Shown here piece after piece: positions 1 to 10,304 of a DNA stretch of 64,000 nt. Within the stretch, counting starts at the first letter, position 1; every line of letters starts with the position of its first letter. A program made the position numbers and the translations under genes. The notes beneath the pieces were generated by a model. The model had not been told where the DNA came from and did no database searches. It worked only from the letters and a program-made list of their open reading frames with translations. Source of the DNA: Desulfomicrobium sp. (GTDB lineage Bacteria > Desulfobacterota > Desulfovibrionia > Desulfovibrionales > Desulfomicrobiaceae); the NCBI GenBank assembly GCA_040768745.1, contig JAXGMI010000001.1, forward strand, positions 640,001-704,000, read 5' to 3'.

Positions 1-1
1 C

Positions 2-553
2 AGGGCTGGTATTTTTCAGGTCATGGAGGGCCGCCGCGTCTTCGAGGACCTGACCGTGGAGGAGAACCTGCGCTGCGGCGGGTACACCCAGCCCGCGCGC
101 CTTTTTGCGCACAACGTGGAAAAGGTGTACGCGTACTTCCCGCGGCTCAAGGAGCGCCGCCACCAACTGGCCGGGTACATGTCCGGCGGCGAGCAGCAGA
201 TGCTAGCCATCGGACGGGCGGTCATGGCCAACCCCAAATTGTTGCTGCTGGACGAGCCGTCCCTGGGCCTGGCGCCCCTCCTGGTGGAAGAAATCTTCGG
301 CATCGTCGGCCGCATCAACAAGGCCGAAGGCGTGAGCGTCCTGCTGGTCGAACAGAACGCCCGTCTGGCCCTGTCTCTGGCCGATCACGGCTATATCATG
401 GAGAACGGGCGCATCGTCATGGACGGGAAGGGGTCCGACCTGCTCCAGAATCCCGACGTGCAGGAATTCTATCTGGGACTCGGGCATGGCGGGGAAAAAC
501 GGAGCTATCACGCCATCAAGCACTATAGAAGACGAAAACGCTGGCTGGGGTGA
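2..553 (+). CDS. branched-chain amino acid-type ABC transporter ATP-binding subunit (LivF-like), 5' end outside window
   Basis: ABC signature MSGGEQQMLAIGRA, Walker B LLLLDEPSLGLAP, LVEQNA motif; frame open from window start. Confidence 0.9.
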   Translation, partial: RAGIFQVMEGRRVFEDLTVEENLRCGGYTQPARLFAHNVEKVYAYFPRLKERRHQLAGYMSGGEQQMLAIGRAVMANPKLLLLDEPSLGLAPLLVEEIFGIVGRINKAEGVSVLLVEQNARLALSLADHGYIMENGRIVMDGKGSDLLQNPDVQEFYLGLGHGGEKRSYHAIKHYRRRKRWLG

Positions 554-724
554 AAGGCCGCTGGCGGCAGGCGATCATGACTTTGCCGCGCCCGATCCGC
601 AGCCTTGCCTGACGCCCGCCCCGGTTTGTCCGTGATCCCTGGCCTGGTGGATTTTGAACCGCCGTGCGGGGCCGCTATGCACAGAAAAACAGCTCAGTCC
701 CTGCACACTTCCAAAGGAGCCTCC

Positions 725-1981
725 ATGGAGAGAACACAGGGTTTTTTTCATCAGCGCGAAACCGAGTCCGATGCCAGTCGTGCTGCCCGGCAATGGCAAT
801 CTGTCCTGGCCGTGATCCACAGGGCGGCCTCCTTTGAGGGCGAATTCCGTGATCGCTTGCGCGATGCCGGCATGGTGCCCGATGAAATCCGCTCCCTGGA
901 TGATTTTTCCTCCATCCCGGTCCTGCGCAAGAAAGACCTGTCCCGCCTGCAGCGGGAAAAGGGCCTTTCCTGGTTTTTGTCCTGTGCGCCCGGCAGACTG
1001 TCCCGCATCTACCAGTCGCCCGGACCCATCTACGATCCCGAGGGGAGCAGCCCGGACTACTGGGGGTGGACCGAGGCATTTTTTGCCGCCGGGTTCCGTG
1101 CGGGGGACCTGGCCCAGATGACGTTCAGCTATCACCTTACCCCGGCGGGGCTGATGCTGGAAGAGCCGCTGCGCAGCCTCGGATGCGCCGTCATTCCGGC
1201 CGGACCCGGCAACTCGGCCTTGCAGCTGCAGCTGCTGCAGGAGCTGCCGGTGACCGGATTCGTTGGAATGACAAGCTTCCTGAAGATCCTTGGTCAGAAA
1301 GCCCTGGAAAAAGGCCTTGATCCGAAAAAGGATTTCGGTCTGGAAGTGGCCTTCGTGGCCGCCGAACGATTATCCGAAAGCCTCCGCTCCGAAATCCAGG
1401 ACATGTTCGGCATACTCATCCGCCAGGGCTACGGTACGGCCGATGCAGGTTGCATCGCCTACGAGTGCCCGGCTTTGGGCGGCATGCACCTGTCCACCCG
1501 CTGCCTGGTGGAGATCTGCGATCCGGCCACCGGACAGGCAGTTCCTTGCGGCGAGATGGGCGAGGTCGTCGTCACGCCCTTCACCCTGGAGTATCCCCTT
1601 GTCCGCCTGGCCACGGGAGACCTGTCCCGACTGTCCGAAACCCCCTGCCCCTGCGGCCGCACAGCGCCCAGACTCCAGGGCATCCTGGGCCGCGTGGACG
1701 ATACGGCCAAAGTCAGAGGGCAGTTCCTCTACCCGGCTCAGGTCGCCCAGACACTGGCCCGCTTCCCCCAGATCGTCCGTCATCAGGTGGTTGTCGACAA
1801 CGTCAGCGGGAAGGATGGGTTGACCCTGCGCGTCGAGACCAGCGGCCCTCTTGACACCGCCCAAGTGGCTTCAGTCTTCCAGGAACATCTCAAGCTCAGG
1901 CCTACCGTCATTGTCCTTGGACTTGGGGACATGATCCCGGAAGGGGCGCCCCCCCTTGTTGACAACCGCAAATACGACTAG
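725..1981 (+). CDS. phenylacetate-CoA ligase family (PaaK-like) AMP-dependent ligase
   Basis: AAAGGAG RBS before ATG 725; motifs YQSPGPIYDP, RQGYGTAD, YPLVRLATGDLS, CPCGRT..GRVDD. Confidence 0.8.
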   Translation: MERTQGFFHQRETESDASRAARQWQSVLAVIHRAASFEGEFRDRLRDAGMVPDEIRSLDDFSSIPVLRKKDLSRLQREKGLSWFLSCAPGRLSRIYQSPGPIYDPEGSSPDYWGWTEAFFAAGFRAGDLAQMTFSYHLTPAGLMLEEPLRSLGCAVIPAGPGNSALQLQLLQELPVTGFVGMTSFLKILGQKALEKGLDPKKDFGLEVAFVAAERLSESLRSEIQDMFGILIRQGYGTADAGCIAYECPALGGMHLSTRCLVEICDPATGQAVPCGEMGEVVVTPFTLEYPLVRLATGDLSRLSETPCPCGRTAPRLQGILGRVDDTAKVRGQFLYPAQVAQTLARFPQIVRHQVVVDNVSGKDGLTLRVETSGPLDTAQVASVFQEHLKLRPTVIVLGLGDMIPEGAPPLVDNRKYD

Positions 1982-1990
1982 GGTTTGACT

Positions 1991-3406
1991 ATGACCAAAT
2001 TCCCGACCAATCCCATCCTCCTCGTGGATGACGAGGACACGTGGCTCCGATCCTTTTCTCTGGCCCTCAAATCCAACGGCATCGACAACATCATCTGCTG
2101 CCAGGACAGTTCCGGGGTTCCCGGGATCCTGGCCTCCACGGAAGTGGAGGCCGTCGCCGTGGACCTGGCCATGCCCGGGATTTCCGGCCAGGAACTGATC
2201 TCTCTGATTGCAGGGAAATACCCAGACATCCCGGTCCTGGTCATCACCGGCATGGGCCAGGTGGAAACAGCCGTGGACTGCATCAAAAACGGCGCATTTG
2301 ATTTCTTCGTCAAAACCAATGACAAAAACAGCCTGGTGTCCGGCATCCGCCACGCCATCCAGATCCGTGAGCTCAAACGGGAGAACAGCAGCCTGCGGAC
2401 CCGTTTTCTGCAGGACACCCTTGAGCACCCAGAGGCCTTCGCACCCATCGTGACCTGTTCCAAGGCCATGCGCTCCATCTTCCAGTATATCGAAGCCATC
2501 GCACGCAGCACCCAGCCCGTCCTCATCACGGGGGAATCAGGCGTGGGGAAGGAGCTGGTGGCCAAGGTCATCCACGATCTGAGCGGCCGCCAAGGCGAAT
2601 TCGTGCCGGTCAACGTGGCCGGCCTGGACGACAACATTTTTGCAGACACCCTTTTCGGCCACAAGAAAGGGGCCTTCACCGGAGCAGACAAGGCCCGGCA
2701 GGGGCTGGTCGAAAATGCCAAAGCCGGAACCCTTTTCCTTGATGAGATCGGGGATCTGACCGCCGCGTCCCAGGTCAAGCTGCTGCGCCTGGTTCAGGAG
2801 CGGGAATACCTGCCCATCGGCTCCGACGTGACCCGCAAGACAGACGCCCGCATCATCGCCGCCACCAATGTGGCCCCTGGCAGCCTGAGCGAGCCCGACC
2901 GCTTCCGGTCCGACCTCTACTATCGCCTGCGCGCCCATCATGTGCACATACCTCCCCTGCGCGAGCGTCGAGAGGATCTGCCTCTGCTGGTGGACCATTT
3001 TCTGCGCCAGGGCTGCCAGGGTCGGAAGCGGCCAAGCGTCCCGGCGGAACTTCTGCCCATGCTCTCCGCATATTCCTTTCCCGGAAACGTCCGAGAACTG
3101 CGGTTCCTGATCCTGGATGCGCTGAGCTGCTCCGGCGACGAACGCCTGAATATCGACCGGATCAAAGAACATCTCCCCCCAAAGCCCGTGATCCTGGCCA
3201 GAAAAGCCATCTCGGACGAAGCGGTCAAACTCGGTTTTGGCCCCGAACTGCCCACCCTGAAGCAGGTGTGCAGGGAGCTTGTGCAGGAGGCCATGCGTCG
3301 CACTGGCGGCAATCAGGCCATGGCCGCAAGCCTCCTCGGTGTTTCCCGTCAGGCCCTGAACAAAAGGTTGAATAAGGTGCGCCGTATACGCGATGAGTGG
3401 GCATGA
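1991..3406 (+). CDS. sigma54-dependent response regulator (NtrC family)
   Basis: N-terminal receiver (LLVDDE..DLAMPG), GESGVGKE, GAFTGA, FPGNVREL, Fis-type HTH. Confidence 0.93.
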   Translation: MTKFPTNPILLVDDEDTWLRSFSLALKSNGIDNIICCQDSSGVPGILASTEVEAVAVDLAMPGISGQELISLIAGKYPDIPVLVITGMGQVETAVDCIKNGAFDFFVKTNDKNSLVSGIRHAIQIRELKRENSSLRTRFLQDTLEHPEAFAPIVTCSKAMRSIFQYIEAIARSTQPVLITGESGVGKELVAKVIHDLSGRQGEFVPVNVAGLDDNIFADTLFGHKKGAFTGADKARQGLVENAKAGTLFLDEIGDLTAASQVKLLRLVQEREYLPIGSDVTRKTDARIIAATNVAPGSLSEPDRFRSDLYYRLRAHHVHIPPLRERREDLPLLVDHFLRQGCQGRKRPSVPAELLPMLSAYSFPGNVRELRFLILDALSCSGDERLNIDRIKEHLPPKPVILARKAISDEAVKLGFGPELPTLKQVCRELVQEAMRRTGGNQAMAASLLGVSRQALNKRLNKVRRIRDEWA

Positions 3407-5013
3407 ACAGTGACCACGACGTCCCGTTGCGCCGCCTGAGGGAACTTGAAGCGAAAAATCGGCAACTCCTGCGCGAACTTGAAGACCTGCGTACCCTCAT
3501 CGACACCCCGCGCAACGTCATGCTTTTCTCCTTCGATCTCAACTACAACTACATCGCCTTCAACCAGGCCCACCGTGACTTCGTCAAACACAACTGGGGC
3601 ATGGACATCCATCCCGGCATGCACGTTTTCGACATCCTGAACGACCCACAGGAGAAGCTCTCCTCCCTCCGCAATTTCGACCGGGTCCTGGCCGGCGAGT
3701 CCTACATCCTGCGCCGAAGATACCGCAAACCCAAAGGCGATGTCGGCTTTTATCAGAACACCTATGTCCCCATCATGCACGGCGGAGAAATCCTGGGCGG
3801 AACCGTCTTTGCCCACGACATCACCGAATGGAGCGAACGCGAGGAGGAAGGAAAGAAGTATCGGGCCATCTTTGAAAAGGCCCTGGAAGGCATCTACCGC
3901 TCCACGGCTGGCGGCCGCTTTCTGGAAGCCAACCGCGAAATGGCGCGCATCCTGGGTTACGATTCACCCGAAGATCTGATGCGCACGGTCACCGACATCA
4001 GCCGGCAGCTCTACTGCGACCCGGTCGACCGGGAACGCTTTTTCTCCATGCTGCGCCGTGACGGATTGGTGAAGGACTATGAAACACGCATGCGCCGCAA
4101 GGACGGCAGCGAAATCTGGGTGGAATTCAATGCCCGGGTGGAAAAAAACACCCGGGGCCAGACCGCCTTCATCGAGGGCAAGCTGACGGACATCACGACG
4201 CGCAAGGAGGCAGAGCGCAAGGCGGAACTCAGACGGCAGAAAATGATCCAGGCGGACAAGATGGCATCCCTCGGCGTCCTGGTGGCCGGCGTGGCCCATG
4301 AAATCAACAACCCGAACAGCTTTCTGACGCTGAACCTGCCCCTTTTGCACGATGTCTGGACAGACTCGCTCAAGATCCTCGATGAATATCACGAAGAACA
4401 CGGGGATTTCGTGCTCGGGGGAATCAACTATCCCGAGTTGCGACAACAGATGCCGCTGCTGCTGCAGGGCATGATCGAAGGATCCGACAGGATCAAGGAC
4501 ATTGTGTCCCGGCTCAAGGACTACTCTCGGCAACGGCCCCAGGGCGGGAGGGAGATGACGGATCTGAACAACGTGGTCACCGGGGCCCTGGCCTTTGTCC
4601 GGCATAAACTCAAATCCGTGGCCCCCGGCTACGTCATCCGCATGGAGCCGGGACAACCAATGGTCCATGCCGACCCCCAGCGCCTCATTCAGGTTCTCAT
4701 CAACCTGCTGGTCAACGCCACCGAGGCTGTCCCGAACACTGGAGGACAGATCACGGTCCAGGTGCTGTCCCGCTGCGGAGAGAATGCGTCCTGGGCAGGG
4801 ATCGAGGTCCGGGACAACGGCTGTGGCATTGATCCCATGGATCTCAAATGCATCCAGGACCCCTTTTTCACTACGAAGCGCGAGCAGGGAGGCACGGGCC
4901 TGGGACTTTCCATCTCCTCGGCCATCATGCATGACCACGGTGGCAGGCTGGAATTCGAATCCACCCCAGGGCAAGGCACCACGGTACGGATGATGCTGCC
5001 CCTGGCGAGCTGA
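3403..5013 (+). CDS. PAS-domain sensor histidine kinase
   Basis: ATGA overlap with upstream regulator; PAS domains; H-box VAHEINNP, N-box NLLVNA, DNGCG, GTGLGL. Confidence 0.93.
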   Translation: MNSDHDVPLRRLRELEAKNRQLLRELEDLRTLIDTPRNVMLFSFDLNYNYIAFNQAHRDFVKHNWGMDIHPGMHVFDILNDPQEKLSSLRNFDRVLAGESYILRRRYRKPKGDVGFYQNTYVPIMHGGEILGGTVFAHDITEWSEREEEGKKYRAIFEKALEGIYRSTAGGRFLEANREMARILGYDSPEDLMRTVTDISRQLYCDPVDRERFFSMLRRDGLVKDYETRMRRKDGSEIWVEFNARVEKNTRGQTAFIEGKLTDITTRKEAERKAELRRQKMIQADKMASLGVLVAGVAHEINNPNSFLTLNLPLLHDVWTDSLKILDEYHEEHGDFVLGGINYPELRQQMPLLLQGMIEGSDRIKDIVSRLKDYSRQRPQGGREMTDLNNVVTGALAFVRHKLKSVAPGYVIRMEPGQPMVHADPQRLIQVLINLLVNATEAVPNTGGQITVQVLSRCGENASWAGIEVRDNGCGIDPMDLKCIQDPFFTTKREQGGTGLGLSISSAIMHDHGGRLEFESTPGQGTTVRMMLPLAS

Positions 5014-5031
5014 TTCATTGATTCTTATGGA

Positions 5032-5250
5032 TCATCTGCGCCTTGCTTCCCAAGCTGGACAACGTGAAGTCAGCAATGCCAGAACCACGTAGCCCACGGC
5101 CACCAGGGCCAGGACGGCCAGAACCAGCTTCATGATCAGCCGTGGCCGCTTCCAGAGGGCAAGGGCTACTGCCGCCGCCATGGCCGCGCCGAACAGCGGA
5201 TGCCCCAGCACCCAGCCCCAGACTGCCGTCACGACCCCGTGCATATCCAC
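5032..5250 (-). CDS. small membrane protein (3' end possibly frameshifted)
   Basis: two hydrophobic stretches; starts immediately after yajQ stop. Confidence 0.55.
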   Translation of the reverse strand: MDMHGVVTAVWGWVLGHPLFGAAMAAAVALALWKRPRLIMKLVLAVLALVAVGYVVLALLTSRCPAWEARRR

Positions 5251-5251
5251 C

Positions 5252-5743
5252 CTACTTTTTCATGTTGACGAACTGCAAAGGCAATTCGAAATCCGTTTCG
5301 CGCAGCAGGGCGATGGTCGCCTGCAGATCGTCGATCTGCTTGCCCGTGACCCGCACCTGTTCATCCTGAATGGCCGCCTGCACTTTCACCTTGCTGTCCT
5401 TGATGATCTTGACCAGTTTTCTGGCCGAATCCTTGTCGATCCCGTCGTGAAGTTTGATTTCCTGCTTCAGTTGACCTCGACTTGTCTTTTCCGGCTCTCC
5501 GAATTCCATGGATTTGGGGTCTATCTTGCGGCGGACAAAATGGGAAATGAGCATATCCCGAACGGCCCTGATCTTCATGTCATCTCCGGTGAGAAGAGAA
5601 ATGGTCTTGGTCTTGCGGTTGAAGTCGATTTCCGTGTGCACCCCCCGGAAATCATACCGGGTTTCCGTTTCCTTGCGGACATTGTTCACCGCGTTGTCCA
5701 CTTCCTGCAAATCAAGTTCGCTGACAATATCAAATGATGGCAT
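5252..5743 (-). CDS. yajQ: YajQ family cyclic-di-GMP/nucleotide-binding protein
   Basis: [32 protein letters not shown] family signature; GAGGAGG RBS. Confidence 0.95.
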   Translation of the reverse strand: MPSFDIVSELDLQEVDNAVNNVRKETETRYDFRGVHTEIDFNRKTKTISLLTGDDMKIRAVRDMLISHFVRRKIDPKSMEFGEPEKTSRGQLKQEIKLHDGIDKDSARKLVKIIKDSKVKVQAAIQDEQVRVTGKQIDDLQATIALLRETDFELPLQFVNMKK

Positions 5744-6038
5744 CGTGCCCTCCTCGTATGTGATTCTGCTCCGTCAACGTAGCCGGAAGCTGCCTTGAAA
5801 AACCTCTCGGAGTCAAGTTCACAGGACCTCAACTGCGGCCTTGTCTTTCCTGTGCCAATACGACCGTCTCCCTCATAATCTATGTACAGCATGTGATCGA
5901 CTTCCTGATCCTCACAAGCAGTCAACAATAAATTTCCAACAAACTATTTGACATTCTCAGGCCATATACTAATGTTTTTTGTACATTAATCGATGAACTA
6001 CAGTTCTATCATCGAGAATATATATTCATGGAGAAAAT

Positions 6039-6437
6039 ATGGAAGTCTATCTCAAGCAGGCAATTGAAATTGTTAAGGCTCAGGCCGCAGTCCGGACCAT
6101 GAATGAGGAGGAGATCACTTCCCTCATCCGCTCCCTGGCCGAAAGCATCAAATCCGTGGCAGAGGGCGTGACCCCTGTCAGCGAATCAGAACCCGCGGTG
6201 GATCCGAAGAACGCCATCCGTGAGAAAAGCGTCATCTGCTGCGAGTGCGGAAAATCGTTCAAGGTGCTGACCAAGCGCCATCTTGCCAGTCATGGCCTCA
6301 CGCCAGAGGAATACAAGGAAAAGTTCGGCTACAAGAAAGGAACGTCCCTGGTGGCCAAATCCTTGGCCAGGGATCGCCGCAAGACCATGCAAGGCATGAA
6401 ACTTTGGGAAAAGCGCAAAAAAGCTGTTAAGGAATGA
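6039..6437 (+). CDS. MucR/Ros family zinc-finger regulator
   Basis: ICCECGKSFKVLTKRHLASHGLTPEEYKEKFG motif; GGAG RBS. Confidence 0.9.
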   Translation: MEVYLKQAIEIVKAQAAVRTMNEEEITSLIRSLAESIKSVAEGVTPVSESEPAVDPKNAIREKSVICCECGKSFKVLTKRHLASHGLTPEEYKEKFGYKKGTSLVAKSLARDRRKTMQGMKLWEKRKKAVKE

Positions 6438-6444
6438 TCCCCGC

Positions 6445-6471
6445 AAGCCCTCTCTCCTGAGGGCTTTTTTT
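6445..6471 (+). terminator. intrinsic terminator after MucR/Ros gene
   Basis: AAGCCCTC-TCTCCT-GAGGGCTT followed by a T run. Confidence 0.8.
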
Positions 6472-6889
6472 ACGGCCTCCCTCCAGGGTCGCAGGCGCAC
6501 CGCCGCTCCAGCAACCTCTCGTAGAGCATGTCGATCCGTTCCAGCAATTCATCCACGGCACAGGGTTTGAGCAAAAAATCGTTGGCCCCCGCGCGCATGG
6601 CGTTCATGGCGATGTCCGTATGGGCGTGGCCGGAAAGAATGATCACCCCGAAATCCTCTCCTTTCAACTCCCGCATCTTGCGCAAAACATCCAACCCATC
6701 CAGGTCGGACATCTTGATGTCCAGCACCACGATGTCCACGGGGTTCTTGGTAAACCAGTCCAAGCCGGCCATGCCGGAGTTGGCAGTGGCCACGTTCAGT
6801 TTCTTGCGGTGGAGGAATTTGACCAGAGTGGACAGAAACTCCTCTTCGTCGTCAACAAACAAAATCTGGCAGGACTGCAGTGTATTCAT
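6470..6889 (-). CDS. single-domain response regulator (receiver)
   Basis: ILFVDDE..VVLDIKM..ILSGHA..FLLKP. Confidence 0.9.
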   Translation of the reverse strand: MNTLQSCQILFVDDEEEFLSTLVKFLHRKKLNVATANSGMAGLDWFTKNPVDIVVLDIKMSDLDGLDVLRKMRELKGEDFGVIILSGHAHTDIAMNAMRAGANDFLLKPCAVDELLERIDMLYERLLERRCACDPGGRP

Positions 6890-6904
6890 GGCAACCTCTC
6901 TGGA

Positions 6905-7705
6905 CTAGATTTGCCCGGGACAGGCAATATCACCGAGACGAACGGGCGCGTCCACAGAGGTTTGTAGCGTGATCTCGCCTCGGCCACAAGCGATGACCTT
7001 CCCCTGCCCGAGATTTCCCCGACGTGGATGTGTAAAAAGATACACAGCCCCCACCCGGGCCTCGACCCCCTCCGTCACCTCTATTCCTGCCTCCAGGAAG
7101 CCGTCTACAATCTTGAGCCGGAATATCTCTCCGCATCCGATTTCAGCCAGAATGGAGCTCCACTGCCTGCCCAGCAAAAAATTTGCCCCAGCTGCCAGGA
7201 TGCCGAGTATCCCCATGCCTATCGCGACCAGATAGGCATTGATCCCGCTCCATCGGTAGACAACTGAGGGGGAATTGGCCTGCCGGTCCGCTGCGCTGGT
7301 GAAAACGTGCACCCCGAAAACCAGGGCCGGATTCTGTTTTTCTCCGTGCTTGTCGCGCACCCTGAGCAGATACGTGCCAGGCCGGGGCTGCGTGCCGACC
7401 TCGATATGCCCGCGCCACATGCCCCCGCCAAACCAGTATCCGGTAAAGATCGACTCGGGCACGAGTCGGACTGAACCATCATCAACGTCTCCTTCGATGA
7501 CAAAATCCTCGATGAGTTCAGTTTTGGGCGGCATGGGCCCGCTGAGGGGATATCGTTCACCTGGGATCAGCCGGATTGTACCTGAAGTGCCGAAGATTCC
7601 TGTCCGCAATCCGTCAAACAGGGTGAGCAGGGCCAACGTCAGAAAAATCATGGAGGCAAGCCCGCTCACGCGCTGCAACCGCCAGACACGCTCGGCCCGG
7701 ATCAT
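6905..7705 (-). CDS. hypothetical membrane-anchored protein
   Basis: 266-aa ORF with two TM-like segments, ATGA-coupled to the upstream gene. Confidence 0.75.
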   Translation of the reverse strand: MIRAERVWRLQRVSGLASMIFLTLALLTLFDGLRTGIFGTSGTIRLIPGERYPLSGPMPPKTELIEDFVIEGDVDDGSVRLVPESIFTGYWFGGGMWRGHIEVGTQPRPGTYLLRVRDKHGEKQNPALVFGVHVFTSAADRQANSPSVVYRWSGINAYLVAIGMGILGILAAGANFLLGRQWSSILAEIGCGEIFRLKIVDGFLEAGIEVTEGVEARVGAVYLFTHPRRGNLGQGKVIACGRGEITLQTSVDAPVRLGDIACPGQI

Positions 7706-8001
7706 GCCGGATCAGCGCCCACGGTCTGCACACAGCGGGACAGCCAGCGCTTACCCATAAAACCCAGACCCATGATAGCAAGGAGAAGACCGCCAAAGAC
7801 CTTCAGAAAAACCAAGGTGAATTCTTCAGGATTCTGGGCGGCAAAATACATGGAAACGGTCACCGCCCCGAGGACCAGGGCGTTAATGGAAAGAACCAGC
7901 ATCTTATGCAGAAGGAAGAATTTGTATTCGCTCACAATCAGCTCCTCGTGAGGAGGACGGGATGGCCTGGAGGGTGTGGCCATCCCGCCCTCGGGAATCA
8001 T
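7702..8001 (-). CDS. small two-TM hypothetical protein (alternative start 7983)
   Basis: two hydrophobic helices; overlaps neighbours by ATGA. Confidence 0.7.
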   Translation of the reverse strand: MIPEGGMATPSRPSRPPHEELIVSEYKFFLLHKMLVLSINALVLGAVTVSMYFAAQNPEEFTLVFLKVFGGLLLAIMGLGFMGKRWLSRCVQTVGADPA

Positions 8002-8609
8002 TTCTTGAAGATGTCAGTCTTGGTGATGTTCATGAAACGAATGGCCTTCCCCTTCTCTTTCCAATAAATGCGCACTTCATCACCTGCGTCCCAGGTATCC
8101 TCTGGGAAACCGAAGTACTCATCTGGCACGCTGAACGTGGCGAGCATTTTCTGGCGGCCGGAATAGATGGTGATGGCCTTTTTGTCCTTGTCGATGGCGG
8201 GATACTTCTTGGCCGCGTTCTTCTCCTTGTCGAAGACCAGGGGATGGTCCTTGGCGATGTCCTTCTGCACGTCGACAATGGTAATGGGCAGGTCCTCAAT
8301 GGCCTGGGTATTGGTGTTGAAGATCTTGATGTACTTCTTGTCGATGTCCAGCTTCAAACGCAACCCGGCCTTGGGGTCAGCGCCACGTTCCATGGGGTCC
8401 GTGGGCATGGTATAGGTATGGGGCGGCAGGATCGCGTAGTCAGGATTCTGGGAATCCATGTTTTTGTCTTCGATAACGGTCACTGTGTGTTTGTCCTTGT
8501 CAAAGGCAATGACCCGGCCCTGGTCAACCTTGCCGTATTCCCCGCAACCCAGCACTCCGAAGGTCAGCATGGCGATGGAGAGCAGGAAGAATGTGCGTGT
8601 AATATTCAT
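7998..8609 (-). CDS. lipoprotein (DUF4881-like)
   Basis: signal peptide with lipobox VLGC; GKVDQGRVIAFD motif; AAGGAGA RBS. Confidence 0.75.
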   Translation of the reverse strand: MNITRTFFLLSIAMLTFGVLGCGEYGKVDQGRVIAFDKDKHTVTVIEDKNMDSQNPDYAILPPHTYTMPTDPMERGADPKAGLRLKLDIDKKYIKIFNTNTQAIEDLPITIVDVQKDIAKDHPLVFDKEKNAAKKYPAIDKDKKAITIYSGRQKMLATFSVPDEYFGFPEDTWDAGDEVRIYWKEKGKAIRFMNITKTDIFKK

Positions 8610-8638
8610 GAGTGTTCTCCTTTGCGTTGAGCGCTGTG

Positions 8639-9691
8639 CTAGCGGTTCTTCTTCATTGCAATTTCCCTCTTCGCGCCCTGGACCATCTTCACGAAGATGT
8701 ACACGGACATGCTCAACACCAGCCCGAGGACCAAGGTTGTCGAGGCGGCGTCCAGGATGGACTTGTAGGCGGGAAGCCAGGGCTGAACCAGCTTGAGGAG
8801 AATGGAGATCGCACAGCCGACGACAGCCAGACCAAAGGCGACGCGGATGCCGTAACCCTTGATGTACTTGGTGGCCACGGCCCCGACCTGGGCGCCCATT
8901 GCTGCGCCGATCAACATGATCAGGGCGGCGACGAGCTCGGTGCGGCCTTTCCAGGTGTAGGTTGCGGCGCCGTACAGACCGGAGATGGCGACTTCAAAGA
9001 GGTCGGTTCCGACAGCAACGTGGGTCGGACAGCCAATGAGGTAGATCAGGGCGGGCATGCGGATGAGGCCGCCGCCGATGCCGAGGATGCCGGCCAGCCA
9101 GCCAGTGAAGAAACTGACGGCAATGGGCAGCCAGGCCGAGCAGTAGATGCCCGCCTCCTTCAGATGGACCATGGGCGGGATCTTGATCTTGTGCAGCTTG
9201 GAGGCGAAGTCGATGCCCTGGACGCTGTCATCAAGGACTTCACCCTTGGCGGCAGCGGCCCGTTCCATCTTCTTGCGCTTGCCCACGTCGTGGAAGACCA
9301 TCCAGGCGATGCCGGCCAGCAGGGCAATGTAGATCCAGCGCACGACCTTCTCGACGTTGCCGATGCGTTCGAGCCACATGACCATCTGGGCGCCGACCTC
9401 GAACCCGACGACGGTGCCGACAAGCATGATGAGGCCAAGCTTATAGTCCACGTTGCCGAACTTGCCGTGCCGCATGGTCGAAATGAGGGATTTGCCGGCC
9501 ATGTGCGCGATGTCCGTGCCGATGGCGAAGGCCATGGGGAAACCCAGGATGTTCAGACCTGGGGTGACCATCCATGCGCCGCCCATGCCGAAGAAGCCGC
9601 CGATGATGCCCACGCCGATACCGAGGATGATCAGGCCGGGCCAGAAAATTTTTACGCCTGCGATGGGCATGAGAACATAGAGCCATTCCAT
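8639..9691 (-). CDS. TauE/SafE (TSUP) family membrane transporter
   Basis: repeated GFFGMGGAW / GILGIGGGLI and AIGTD / AVGTD motifs; many TM segments; TAAGGAG RBS. Confidence 0.88.
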   Translation of the reverse strand: MEWLYVLMPIAGVKIFWPGLIILGIGVGIIGGFFGMGGAWMVTPGLNILGFPMAFAIGTDIAHMAGKSLISTMRHGKFGNVDYKLGLIMLVGTVVGFEVGAQMVMWLERIGNVEKVVRWIYIALLAGIAWMVFHDVGKRKKMERAAAAKGEVLDDSVQGIDFASKLHKIKIPPMVHLKEAGIYCSAWLPIAVSFFTGWLAGILGIGGGLIRMPALIYLIGCPTHVAVGTDLFEVAISGLYGAATYTWKGRTELVAALIMLIGAAMGAQVGAVATKYIKGYGIRVAFGLAVVGCAISILLKLVQPWLPAYKSILDAASTTLVLGLVLSMSVYIFVKMVQGAKREIAMKKNR

Positions 9692-9717
9692 ATGCTTATC
9701 TCCTTACATCGTGTGGT

Positions 9718-10017
9718 TTAGTGTCCGGGCAGGCTTTTGGACTTCAGGTCGATGCCGATATGCGACATGATGATGTCCGCCAGCACGCCGAAGATCACGC
9801 CCGTGACGGGGATGATGATGATCGTCAGGATCATGAACTGAAAATGGCTCTCGTTGTAAAGATTGGCCCACCAGGCCATCACGCCGCTCAGCTTGCGCGT
9901 GTCGGCCACCAGGACGATGGGTGCGGCCCCACCGCCTCCCGCGGCAAAGGCAAAACCAGGACTGAGAATGATCATTGCCATCAATGACCACCACAATTTG
10001 CTCAACTTGGTACGCAT
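9718..10017 (-). CDS. small exported/membrane protein (DVU0150-like family)
   Basis: GGAGG RBS, signal peptide ending AFA, PIVLVADTR and IGIDL motifs recalled for this family. Confidence 0.75.
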   Translation of the reverse strand: MRTKLSKLWWSLMAMIILSPGFAFAAGGGGAAPIVLVADTRKLSGVMAWWANLYNESHFQFMILTIIIIPVTGVIFGVLADIIMSHIGIDLKSKSLPGH

Positions 10018-10152
10018 CTGGACCTCCAATTTTAGTTGCTTCCCCGATGTCCGGCATTCTCACCTGCACCCTCCGGACTGCCCCAACCCTCTAGCCACAT
10101 CAAAACTTTCACGGCCTTTGCTGCAAATGCACTGCATGGTCTCGCAAGTGAA

Positions 10153-10168
10153 AGCAAACTCCGGGCCA
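10153..10168 (-). promoter_or_regulatory. sigma54 -24/-12 promoter of the TauE operon
   Basis: minus strand TGGCCCGGAGTTTGCT = GG-N10-GC consensus, upstream of the operon and divergent from a sigma54 activator gene. Confidence 0.75.
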
Positions 10169-10304
10169 CAACTATCATGCAAAAATATTCATTAATTATT
10201 TCAGAAAAATAAAAATTTGTATTGCATAAAAGAATTTCAAAGACTAGATATTGCGCAACGTGATTTTCGTCTTATCGGGATTCCACTCCACAGGGGGGGG
10301 AGGC

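Noticed and set aside
10293..10300. G8 tract as a phase-variation switch
   Set aside because: Short and upstream of the likely ATG (10305); no evidence of length variation from one sequence.
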